From Selaginella moellendorffii (taxonomy: Eukaryota > Plantae > Lycopodiophyta): DNA of 64,000 nt. Position numbers and translations under genes: made by a program. The notes beneath the pieces were generated by a model that worked only from the letters and a program-made list of their open reading frames with translations, did not search any database and was not told the origin of the DNA. Below, piece by piece: positions 52,786-63,782 of this stretch. The stretch lies in assembly GCF_000143415.4 (NCBI RefSeq), contig NW_003314365.1, forward strand, positions 447,181 to 511,180, given 5' to 3'. The stretch's first letter is position 1, and the number at the start of each line of letters is the position of its first letter.

Positions 52786-54196
52786 ACTCCATTGGGAGTT
52801 CCACTCCCGCTCTTGACCTTTCAAGTCAGAGCTTTTAGTCCAAACATGTTACGCTCATTTGGCTTTCACTTCGGCTAGTACCATGTGGCTCCTTTTCGGC
52901 TCCACTTTGGGGCTTAAGGATTTGTGTCTCACAACTCCACCACCCATAGACGAAGTTCGATGTCCTCATCGAACGATAAACCATTTTATAAAGTAACACT
53001 AGCATGTATTACCTTTTCCATGCTTGGCACCTAGCAAATATTCATCTATGGTTTGACACTGAAGGCTCACCATGCCTTGGCCAACCTCTAAGGAGCATAG
53101 TGTCTCCAACATAGAGACTCATTTGACCACCTCAGATGGTTCTCTCCCTTCTATTGGTTTAGCTCTCGCTAAACCCATTAGAGACACCTTCTCTAGCTCA
53201 ATCCCATTACTTATTCTCAAGTAGTCTCAACTTCTATTAATATAATCAGTTCACCTTGGAACTTTTAATTTTGACTTCTCGAAATCAATTTCCATTGTGT
53301 CTTTCACACCTTTCATTACACATATTGTGCAACTTCACTTCCCCATCTTAGGAAGTTCTGGGAAGTCCAAGACTAGAGTGAATATGGACCGACAAGCGGG
53401 GTAGATTGGTGAAGTGTTCAAGAGCCGGCTCTAGTTCCCTTGGGAGATTGAATAGTTGATGCTCCCAGTCTAAGTGTGGGTGGCACTACCTATTTGGATA
53501 CTTGGCATGGCTCAATAGAACCTTGCTCTAAGCCCACTGCTAGAGCACCAAAAGGCAGAAGGTGGGGAGAGTACCTATGAGGCTTGCGTAAGGCTACAGT
53601 GTTCCGAAATGTTGTCATAAATCCCAGACTATGGGAAGGAAGAGGAGTGGTCCTTTGGTGTAGTGACTAATGATACAGTCATGTGGTGAGGGAGTCCCAG
53701 AGGATAGTGGGACTTAGTGGTTGGGCATATGAGCCCTATCCTAGTGGCAGTGTTGGCAAATACGGCCATGGGCAGAAAAGGGACTTAGTGGGGACTATAA
53801 AAGGGATATTGGGGTAGGCTCTTCCCCATGTCTGTGGGCATCTTAAGGATGCTAAGGAATTGACCTAGGATGGTCACTTATGGACGGATGGCCCGGTCCT
53901 TGAGAGATGGGACTACGATACATGTGGTGTTGGACCACTGGTGTGACCAAGGTGAATGGGCATAGCCTTAGTGTAGCGGGCTAGTATGTCGGTGGTGCCT
54001 TGGGGTGTCGGTATTGGGATTGACACATAGAGCACTTGGACCAAGTGTAATGGTTGAGTGGCACGGATGCCATTCTTGGGGGTAGTAAGTCCCAAAGTCC
54101 AGAATAGGACTTATGGAGGTTGTGAGTGAGACTCCTCCAAGTGGTCGAAAGTGTGGTTAAGTGATTAAAGTAGAATGGAAAATTTAGTCGCTTACA

Positions 54197-56087
54197 CTCC
54201 TCCACTTCATGTTCCTTAGTTCTTTTTTGGTGTCGTGGAATAGAATGGTAGTCAAACTCTGGACGGTGAGAGCTAGGAGTGATGTTTGGCCCATCAAATG
54301 TCTGTCGACACTTCATATAGGGTGTTCTCATATCCCTAAGTGGTTCATAAGTTGATTTCATAGGAGTTCCAGCAACAACTTCCTCCACCATCTTAGACAT
54401 TGACCCTGTTGCTGGTGTTGTCCTTCTACCAACCCGCTCTCGAAGACTGTATAAGTTTGGACCTATGCCAGCAAAGGTTGCTTGTTGTGCAGCCAAAGCT
54501 TTTGATGACTGCTCAAGAGATCTAGTGAGGTCAGAAAGCATAGCTTTATAGAGGGATATTTTTCCTTTACCTACTTCAAAAGCTCTCCAACTCCAATATT
54601 TGCTCTCAGAGAGATTAATTGTTAGTGCAAGTGCTATGTCATCAAGTGGTTGATCCTAGGAAAAATGCAACATTTGAATGTGACAAGAAAGAAAATGAGA
54701 GAAAGCTTACATGGAGAGTATAATGACCCCACTAAAACATTCGAACTTCCCACCATGTAAGCCAGCATTCCATTTGTGGAAGGTGTTCAATTGGCACTTT
54801 GTCTCCTTCACGCCACCATATATGCATCTCATTTGCTTTTGCCTCGTGCTCCTCTTTAGTTCATGCATCCATCCATTCCCGACAAATCTGCTTGAACTCG
54901 TGATAGAAGTTAGATTTGATGCATCAGCAATGTTCGTTAACACTCTTTGCCAAATGAAATTCACAACTCTTCTCTCTACCTTGTAATGGCTGACTTTTAT
55001 CACCTCCAAACACTTGCCATACAGCCAACAATTTAGCACTAGCAACATCTGCCATGAAACGATAGAAATTGGGTTTCTTCCCAATTCTTTGTTCAACAAC
55101 GTCAGACATGCATGTCCAAAAGATAGTTTGAGTTTGGAAATGCTAGACCTTGAATTCAGCTATAGCTATAGTCAAGTTGCATTGCAACCTATAGAAGGAA
55201 TGGGTATAATGTAAATCGGCATGGAATCCTTAAAAAATAAAAAGCCACTTACTTATGATCATACACATGGGCTCCCATAGTTGACCAGCCTAAAACTCAT
55301 TCTATGTGGTAGAAATGGATCCAAGAATTAGCCAAGTCCTCATCTCCATCCATATCCATTCGTTGTACAAGGTCCACACCAGAAGCAGGACCAAGGGTAG
55401 ATATCTTGAAGATGAAAGGGCATTGATTGTTTGAAATCACTTGGCTAATGAACAAGCTCCCATGAATAAACTCATAGGGACATTTTCTTTTTAACTCCAA
55501 AATTGCATCTAATCTAGATTGAAGCTTTCCATCTCACCCTTTTCGCATCCAATTCTTTATTCTGCCCAAAAAAAGAGTGTTATTAGTGATAAAGTAGAGT
55601 TAAGTATTAATTTTATACCTGTATTTTAAATTTGTCATAGGTTTTATATTTCGAAGGAGGTCCTTCAAGCTGTTCTCTGTGAACTCTTTTTTGTTATCAG
55701 ATTGTAGCAACATATCCACCACATAGTCCCTTAGTACAAACTATTGAACAGACTTTGGAGTTGTAGCACTTTTCTTCCTAGCCCCTGTGGTAACAACTTT
55801 CAAATTGCGAAAAGAATCATGAAAAATTCCTTTCTCTATTGCATGTTGGTGATATCCAACATGCACTACTGCTCTACCTAAACATCCATCCCGTGGAAGA
55901 AAATAATACATTTTTGCATCGCAATATGCTTAATACACAGGTGTTGCACTGCATTTGCGACATCTAAACCCTGTAGCAACTTCATCATGCCTAGGGGGAT
56001 TGATCGCTGAGCCTTTAAAGAAATACATATTCTTGCCATGATCAGAAATGCATTTCTTAGTGACACACTGAAGCTATCCACCACAAT
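54197..56087 (-). pseudogene. MULE-like transposase, catalytic region (spliced, decayed); probably continues at ~56481-56660
   Basis: WIHFYHIE*VLGWSTMGAHVYD (~55256-55323), FMADVAS (~55040-55059), CEFH (~54954-54965, MULE CxxH motif). Short introns; stops. Confidence 0.75.
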
Positions 56088-56480
56088 TGTTAGGATCCTA
56101 TCCCTTACACCCTAAAACAACTGGCTAAAGGGGTGATCATTTGATTGTAGGGCCCTTTCTTTATCCTATTATCTTGACTTGGTGCCTAACAATCCTCCCC
56201 TTATCAGGGAATGATCGTCCATAATCCTACTTAGGCCACACTCCAGTCACCATGGTTCTTCTCTTAGGGTCTACCAAAACTTGGGTTATACCTCTAGATC
56301 CAACATATTGAATATTCCTTCAGAATATTCTTGCCCCACTTGTCAGCCATGAGAATCGAATTGGGCTCTGATACCAATGTTAGGATAATAGGATAAAGAA
56401 AGGGCCCTGCAATCAAGTGATCACCCCTTTAGCCAGTTGGCTTAGGGTGTATGGGATAGGATCCTAACATTGGTATCAGA
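56088..56480 (-). mobile_element. TRIM of a second family with one LTR inverted
   Basis: LTR 56088-56191, rc PPT atcctcccct, rc PBS gctctgatacca, then an opposite-orientation LTR 56378-56469 followed by forward PBS ttggtatcaga. Confidence 0.8.
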
Positions 56481-56679
56481 AAACTCGTCAAGTACATCCC
56501 GTACTGCTACTTTTCCCCCACATGTGCCTTGGTCCCCCAAGTCACGAACAAACAGCAAGTAACTCGAAAGTGCTTTTCCATTTCGACAAGCCTGCTTCAA
56601 AAATGTAGCAGAGAGCATAACAACTAGTGGTTGAATGCCCTCGCCAAACCACACATCTTTAATGCCACCATACTCCAGC

Positions 56680-56805
56680 GAGATTAGCTAACCAAAAGAG
56701 TCAGACCCAAGACCCCTCTTATACCAAATGTAAACTCCTGAGTTTAGACTTCTCAAGAGGTCACCCAGCCTAATATTATTCAAACTTAAAGACACTAAAC
56801 CCCAA
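56680..56805 (-). mobile_element. Degenerate Cassandra-like fragment, interrupted by another LTR end (tgtaagccac..., 56806 to ~57219)
   Basis: gagtcagacccaagacccctcttataccaaatgtaaactcctgag... matches the PBS/LTR junction of the complete copies. Confidence 0.7.
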
Positions 56806-57219
56806 TGTAAGCCACAAATTTTTCCTTTTCAATTTGCCAGCTGACCTTGTCTATCCGTTCCACACTGCCTTGGCTTTTGCTACGTTCCCTCACCAAGGTC
56901 CACGCCTATGGTACCAGCTCCTACTTGGTCCTACTTGGTTTCAGCTACTCACTGCACAAGTAACAGAGCGTTAGCCATCCATCCACGGATTCCCAAATCT
57001 CTCCCAATCCCCCTCCCCAGGTTAGACTAGACTTAAGGTTCGGCTACACTCCCCACAGGTATAAGCAGCCAAGCACACCAAGCCTCTAGGTTCCCAACAT
57101 CCCTTGGTACCAAAAGACTTGATCATGGGACCCTCTAAATCCCAAGTCTTGGGTGCAACACTTGCTTCGGGACACCGTGGCATAACAGCCCGGTATGGGT
57201 ACCTCTACCCCCCCACTTT

Positions 57220-57776
57220 CATGGGGTTCAAATATAGAGGGAAAGGGCCCATAAATAAGAGTGCACCCCCTTTTCCAATCGGTTAAGGGTCTTGGGATAG
57301 TTGGGGTTAAGCGTCCTTGGGTTTGAATAGTACTGGGCTGGGTGACCTCCCGGGAAGTCCAAATTTAGGAGCTTACATTTAGTATTGGAGCCGTCTCGGG
57401 TCCGACTCTGTTGGTTGGCTAAGGGATTCACACCACATGTTGATTGACATCTAGCTGGTCCAATTTGCTCCCGTTGGGCTCGACCCGAGGGGTAGGGTGT
57501 CAAGAGAGCGAGGCTCTCGAGAGAGTTGCGGCTCTCAGCTTCCGTTCACGAGGGCATGAACTTGCAGGGAAGCGTAGTGGATTGTAAGCAACCAAAGGGA
57601 ACGACTTGAGAGATGATCCATGGGGTTCAAATATAGAGGGAAAGGGCCCATGAATAAGAGTGCACCCCCTTTTCCAATCGGTTAAGGGTCTTGGGATAGT
57701 TGGGGTTAAGTGTCCTTGGGTTTGAATAGTACTGCGCTGGGTGACCTCCTGGGAAGTCCAAATTCAGGAGCTTACA
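57220..57776 (+). mobile_element. Cassandra-like TRIM with truncated 5' LTR
   Basis: Partial LTR 57220-57377, degenerate PBS, PPT, full 3' LTR 57583-57776. Confidence 0.9.
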
Positions 57777-58087
57777 GCTGGCTCTTGAACACTTCACCAA
57801 GCTACCCCACTTGACAGTCTGTATTCACTCTAGTCTTGGATCTCCCAGTGGTTATCCCGTCACCCAACACCTAGGCATGGCCTTCCTGGGCCAAACTGGC
57901 CTTTCCTGGCCAAACTGGCTCCACTGGAGTCCTCCCCCTATTTAAGTCGTTTGCAAAGGATTTATCTCCTCGACCGTTTGAAATTGGATTTCCAAGCCGC
58001 GCCCCCAATGCAGCATTGGCCCCGGGGGATGGCGCTTGCGTCATGTGTTCTCGGGGCCCTCCTAACCTTAATTAGGTAATAGCTGAG

Positions 58088-58681
58088 TGTAAGCAACCAA
58101 AGAGAACGACTTGAGAGACGGTCCATGGGGTTCAAATATAGAGGGAAAGGGCCCATGAACAAGAGTGCACCCCCTTTTCCAATCGGTTAAGGGTCTTGGG
58201 ATATTTGGGGTTAAGCGTCTTTGGGTTTGAGTAGTACTAGGTTGGGTGACCTTCCGGGAAGTCCAAACTCAGGAGCTTACAATTTGGTATCGGAGCGGTC
58301 TCGGGTCCGACTCTGTTGGTTGGCTAGGGGAATCACACCACATGTTGATTGACATCTGGCTGGTCCAGTTTGCTCCCGCTGAGCTCGACCCAAGGGGTAG
58401 GGTGTCAAGAGAGCGGGGCTCTCGGGAGAGCTGCGGCTCTCAGCTTCCGTTCACGAGGGCGTGAACTTGCAGGGAAGCGTGGTGGATTGTAAGCAACCAA
58501 AGAGAATGACTTGAGAGATGGTCCATGGGGTTCAAATATAGAGGGAAAGGGCCCATGAACAAGAGTGCACCCCCTTTTCCAATCGGTTAAGGGTCTTGGG
58601 ATATTTGGGGTTAAGCGTCCTTGGGTTTGAGTAGTATTGGGCTGGGTGACCTCCCGGGAAGTCCAAACTCAGGAGCTTACA
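58088..58681 (+). mobile_element. Complete Cassandra-like TRIM (594 bp)
   Basis: 194 bp LTRs 58088-58281 and 58488-58681, PBS tggtatcggagc, PPT agggaagcgtggtggat, TSD ctgag. Confidence 0.95.
58209..58264 (+). promoter_or_regulatory. 5S rRNA-derived Pol III internal promoter (A box, IE, C box) in the TRIM LTR
   Basis: ggttaagcgtctttgggtttgagtagtactaggttgggtgaccttccgggaagtcc versus plant 5S AGTTAAGCGTGCTTGGGCGAGAGTAGTACTAGGATGGGTGACCTCCTGGGAAGTCC. Confidence 0.9.
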
Positions 58682-60344
58682 CTGAGGAGGTAGAGAGCAC
58701 CGCATCTAGCACGAATTCTGACTTAGAGGCGTTTAGTCATAATCCCACACTTGGTAGCTTCGCGCCACTGGCTTTTTAACCAAGTGCAATTACCAATTGT
58801 GCAAATCAACGGTTGCTCTCGTACTAAGTTGAATTACTATTGTAGCATAGCTCATCAGTAGGGTAAAACTAACCTGTCTCATGACGGTTTGAACAAAAGT
58901 TGATGGTTAAGGACTTTCATGCTTATGCATGAACCATGTTATGCCGGTCAAGTGACTTGCTAAACGGGATTGGCGAGTCGGGGGAACAAGGACCCTAGTT
59001 GAAGGTGTTGACTTCAAAGAGGGGTGGCTCATGGGGCCAAGCATGGAGGAGTCCATGCATGATCACAGGTTTGTTAAGTGAGAGGACTTGGTAGTTTGGA
59101 GGAACTAAGTTCCTAAGCTGTGATCTGTAGCGCGCTTTGGAAATAAATTGGTGCACCGATGTGGGGAGTCACGCCAGGTATCTAGGGTGATGCCGTTTGT
59201 AGATGCATATACGAAGGTTGGGTTTGAGTCCCGACCCTTTAGTGCTTGGGTTCGAGTCCCAAATCACTAGGGCGTGGTGCTGTTTTGGAATATGAGGACA
59301 CTCATATTTCAGTGGTCATGGACTCTCAATGAGGAGATTGGCTTGGGCACACCGCCAAGCAAGGGATGCCCCGGAGTCCTGATGGTAGCCAGGTGCCCAG
59401 GTAGCCAAATGATAGGGCCATGGACAGCCTTAGCACAAATTATGATAACTGGAACGTAGTGCCTAAAGTGGCACGAAATAGAAAAGAGGATGATGGTGCC
59501 CTCAAGTAAAGAACTTCCTAGGATAGGGAAGTGGAGTTGCACAACACGTGCAAAGCAAGGTGTCAGAGACATCTAGGATATTAACTTTGAGAAGTCAAAT
59601 GTAAAAGTTCCAAAGAGCAAAGGTCATATCGATGGAAATTGAGACTACTCAAGATAAGCTCTATTTCGTTAAAGTGGGATTTATTCAGTAAAATGGGACT
59701 AGGTACAAATTTTCAAGTATTTGAAAATGACGTGAAATTATATGTTTTTTGTCCAGGGGCTAGACATATCTGGGGCATGGTGACTAGCGCGGTGACTTTG
59801 TGTCCAGACTGAGTCCATCTGGTTGTATAATAAATCTCATTGTCAAGGTGAACAAGCCGAATCTGAAGCTAAAGAAGAGCGATGGCATGCGCGCACACAC
59901 TATTTGTTTGTTCATTGAGCGTGTGGTGAGCTTTCCAAGATGAACGTCATTCCTATTAGCCAGACATATAACTTAATGGTGAGAACATTTAGATATTATT
60001 CAATGTTATCTTTTTCTAACGAATCTAATTGTGAAGGTGTAGCAAGAGGCTTTGCTAGTCTGGAGAAGTCATTTAACTCATTTGACCCTTAGTGTATTTT
60101 CATGAAACTAAATAACATTCATATTATTAAGAAATTTCTCTAGTACCTTTTTTTTACGACATAGAGGCTTGCATTTCTTTCAAAGGTGATTTAGTAAAAG
60201 GCCTGAGGGCACATGCCATTCTATTTCTCAGACCAGTATTAAGATATACTAGTGCAAAGGGCCACATGCCATCACGCCTCCTCTGATTCAGATTCGGATT
60301 GTTCACCTTGAAATAAAATACATTAGAAACTTAGTAAAGAAATA

Positions 60345-63300
60345 TTAAATCTCACCTTGAACTCGGGTTATGAATGCTCTTGCTGCATCTCTTGCATGGT
60401 CTGGCAAGGTGATGGTGGCACTCTGCTTCCGCATCCAACCATGCACAACATTATCCACTGATATGCTCATGCTGGGATCCCTTGGATTCAGCACCCATCT
60501 CTTTTCTAGGCAATCCTTCGTATATCCGGAACTTGGCTTGAACCACTCCATAGTTACATTGAAGGAGTTAGTTTCCGCGTCCTCCTCTGCATCAGTGATG
60601 CAGCGCCCCACCCATATCATTTGTTTTTTATTACTGGGTCTGACAAGCACGACCATTCTTTTGCAGACTTGTACTGGATTGAATGCTGAATCCGGCTTCT
60701 TGTTCCTCGGCCCACAATAGTGATCCTCAACATCGTTATCTGTCACTGCATTTCCAGAGGACATTGTTCCGCTACTATCTGGTGCTCTGGGTTCTGGCCA
60801 AAAGGACTCTTCCAATTCTTCATATACAACCGGCCCATTTTGGATAGCAGATATAATCTTCTCCCAGTATTCGAGAAAAGGCTTGCACCTCTTAAAATAG
60901 GATTCTCCACCAAACACCAACCCCCTCTTCCAGAAGGCAATATGCTGTCTAATCCCGGCCACTATACTTTCCTGGTCTTTGAGTCCATCCGGGTGCATCG
61001 GCCGTGGGGAACCCTGAGGAATCATAGGTTCCCCAGTTATGGGATCTCTCTTGAAGAGTTCAATGCCGTCCACTGGCAGCCACACTGTGTCCCATTCTCT
61101 CATTTTGTACCTCATCACTGGAGCACCGTCACGCATGCTGAAATGAAACTGAAGAGGCTTGGAGTGGCCAATCAGCGTTTCGGATCCGTCCCTGATGTAG
61201 CCTCTTACAAACCCCTTAAAGTCTGGAACCTCTGTCACAAGTGCAGCTTCAACAGTGCCTTTGATGCAATTTTGGAATTCATCGTAGAGTTGTGGGAGGG
61301 TGAGGACATTGGATCGCCGGAGGGACTCTGCCAGGTGACTGAACATGGCATCGACGTCTTCATGAGTGTGCCCAACCATGAGAAAGCCAAGTGTAACCGT
61401 TTCAAATATGCCTTTGGCAACAAGCATCGCCAAGTACGCGAAGACGTACATGTTTTTGTTCTCACTGCCAGCATTGTCTGTTTGGAGCAGAAGATGGGGT
61501 GGAAGGCCACATCGGCCGCAAGAACTTCCTTGAGATTCTGCTTCGTTTGGATGAGGCTGTGCATTCACCGGGCGACCAGCCTCGTCGGAATGGCATGAGG
61601 CCTCACGTGATAACCCTACAATCTGACGGCCAACATATTCACTGGGATGGCATGGGGCCCCACGTGATACTGCAAGCCTTTGCTCCTCCTCCAGCTGAAC
61701 CCTGTATGGGGTTCGATCGACAAGGGCCTTATGCAAGGGTTGGCCGTTTAGCTCAGTCTGCGCACTTTGCAGAGACCTTAAGTGTTTTGCTAGGGACGCA
61801 ATCATCATGTTTGCACCCCCGCCACCCCATAGAGGTACAAAGAAGTTCCCATAGTTCTGGGCACCATGCCCATGAGCGATTATGCCAAACAGAGACACAG
61901 GCAGCTGCATGGATGAAGAGATTGCCTTGGGGGCAGGATTGAGTCGAGGTAAGCACGTCTTTTTCTGGTCCATTTTGTTGTGGATGATGCAGAGGTAAGA
62001 GTCAGGTCTCTCCATGGAGAGAATCCTGTTATGATAATATGCAGTCCTGCAACTTCTCTGCTCGATGTTGTGGTCGAGCCGCCTTCTAACCAACGTCTCT
62101 CGTTCTTGAGTGCTACAAGAATTCTTCGACAAAGCCATTTTGATAGCAGTGCACTCGTCACACTTTGAAAAGCTGGAGTACTTTCCTATACTCACATCCC
62201 TGAACCTGTTGCTCCACAATCTACTAAATCTAGATTGGCTCAGCTTCCTCTAGCCATTACTCTGGAGTTCCCGATTCACATCTTCCAATATGGCCCCCTT
62301 GGTATACATGGAAGGGAGAACTCGTTGGGTGTCTCGTGTTCCATCTTCCAAGAGGCGGGTTTTATGTGGTTGCTGCTCGCTACATGTCTCGACAAACCTC
62401 TTGAAGATTGCCTCTCCATATACAACATGACCCCTGGTTTTGTGCGTACCGTCGTTCCCATGGACTGCCTGTTGAACCCTTTGTTCCTCGAACTCAGTTT
62501 TGATTCTGTAGAATGTGCTTCGAGGGACTCCATAAATGATTCTCCATGCCTTCATGCAGACCAAACCCCTCTGGAAGACCATGTCCCCCCACCTGATGTT
62601 CTGAAGCATCAACAAATGACCGTAATGCCTCATACACAAAATTACGAGCTGCCTTCCAGGACAATGTCTTGTATCTTGCTCTCTCCTCTTCAATAGCATC
62701 CCAATCAGCATGTTGACAGCACCTCCTCTTGCAACAAGCAACTGTCGAGACCATTCGGACCTCCATCGCCATTTTTTGCCTTTTCGGTTCCTTGCTCAGA
62801 TCCCTTTGGCTGCGCTTTAGGAAGGTGTACTTTCTTTTCCCATGAAGAGATGTTCTGTCATCAGTTGTAGTGGTGTTTGATTGTGAATCCTTCACATTCT
62901 CAAACACTAAATGCCTCAATTTCCACCGCACAATGCTTCCAATAGTCAGACTGTTTTCTTCTGTGTCAACAACCTCTAAAATTGCAACTCCAATATCATC
63001 CCAGCCCAATTCTTGATTAGCAACCGCATCTCTTGGATCGACAACTGTGGCTAAGCCCTCAGCTACCACCTCCCCCTCGGGGTTGTTTAGAAACACCTTT
63101 GCCTGAATCCATGTAGCACGGTTCTTAAGATCCACGGAGGGAACATGCGTCGCACTTGCGCTGTCCCCAACATCTGCTTTCTTCTGCAGATTTTTCAAGG
63201 CAACAACAACATTTACCCCGACGACCATCTCTCCTCGTTCAATAGCGACCACATTCCCATCGAAGACAGTCTCTACTGATACAGCAGCATTGCCTTCCCC

Positions 63301-63411
63301 AAGCCTTTGACAGTGTATAACAAAGTTCCGATCCATAGACACAAGGGTCCCTTTTGCAACTCTCTTCCCACCATTCAAAATGTAAACCTTTTCCCCAACC
63401 CTGAAGGCCAT
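60345..63411 (-). pseudogene. Sola-like transposase, ~1020 codons, with one frameshift and one premature stop
   Basis: ORFs 62494-63411, 62250-62741 and 60345-62219 join through a frameshift at the C6 run 62585-62590 and an in-frame TAG at 62250-62252. Motifs KCDEC, HNKMDQ, QTDNAGSENKN, FLMVGHTHEDVDAMFS. Confidence 0.75.
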
Positions 63412-63590
63412 TCTGAAAGTGCAGAAAAGAAGTTAAGACCATACAAAAAATGATTGGAGAATGGCCTAAATCATAACATACCAAATAGCATGAGGCCACA
63501 TGCCATTATTCAAACATGCTATTGACACCCACGTGAAATTTCGCATTCACAAAATTGGCATGAGCCCTCATGCCATTAGTGGTACCACTA

Positions 63591-63782
63591 ATGGCATGAG
63601 GCCTCACGCTATCTTTGGCCCCTGCTAGCCTGTTGCTATATTCCTTTTGCCTTGTTGCAACTGTATATATTTTTGTGTGCGTGACTAGTCACCCATACAA
63701 AAATATATACAGTTGCAGCAAGGCAAAAGGAATATGGCAATAGGCTAGTAGGGGCCAAAGATGGCATGAGGCCTCATGCCAT
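63591..63782. repeat. 192 bp loop-less palindrome upstream of the transposase
   Basis: 96 bp arms centred on gtgact|agtcac (63686/63687); 8 mismatches counted by eye. Confidence 0.9.

Larger units (their letters stand above)
37856..54196 (+). mobile_element. Three-LTR tandem LARD-like insertion carrying nested elements
   Basis: Starts tgtaggacac, ends gtcgcttaca, TSD ctcct (37851-37855 / 54197-54201). LTRs at 37856 (deleted after ~38548), 47696-49963, and 51620-52933 (inverted) + 53359-54196. Confidence 0.85.
57939..58894 (-). pseudogene. 25S/26S rRNA 3'-region fragment (~360 bp) split by a Cassandra insertion
   Basis: rc reads accgtcatgagacaggttagttttaccctactgatg...agtacgagagcaacc (sarcin-ricin loop)...aacgcctctaagtcagaat...aatcctttgcaaacgacttaaata. 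Confidence 0.9.

Noticed and set aside
58209-58264. Functional 5S rRNA genes
   Set aside because: Only ~55 nt of the 3' half is present, always inside TRIM LTRs.
57939-58894. Functional rDNA unit
   Set aside because: Short, mutated fragment with no flanking rDNA.
60370-61942. + strand ORFs of 116-292 aa
   Set aside because: Antisense shadows of the transposase frame.
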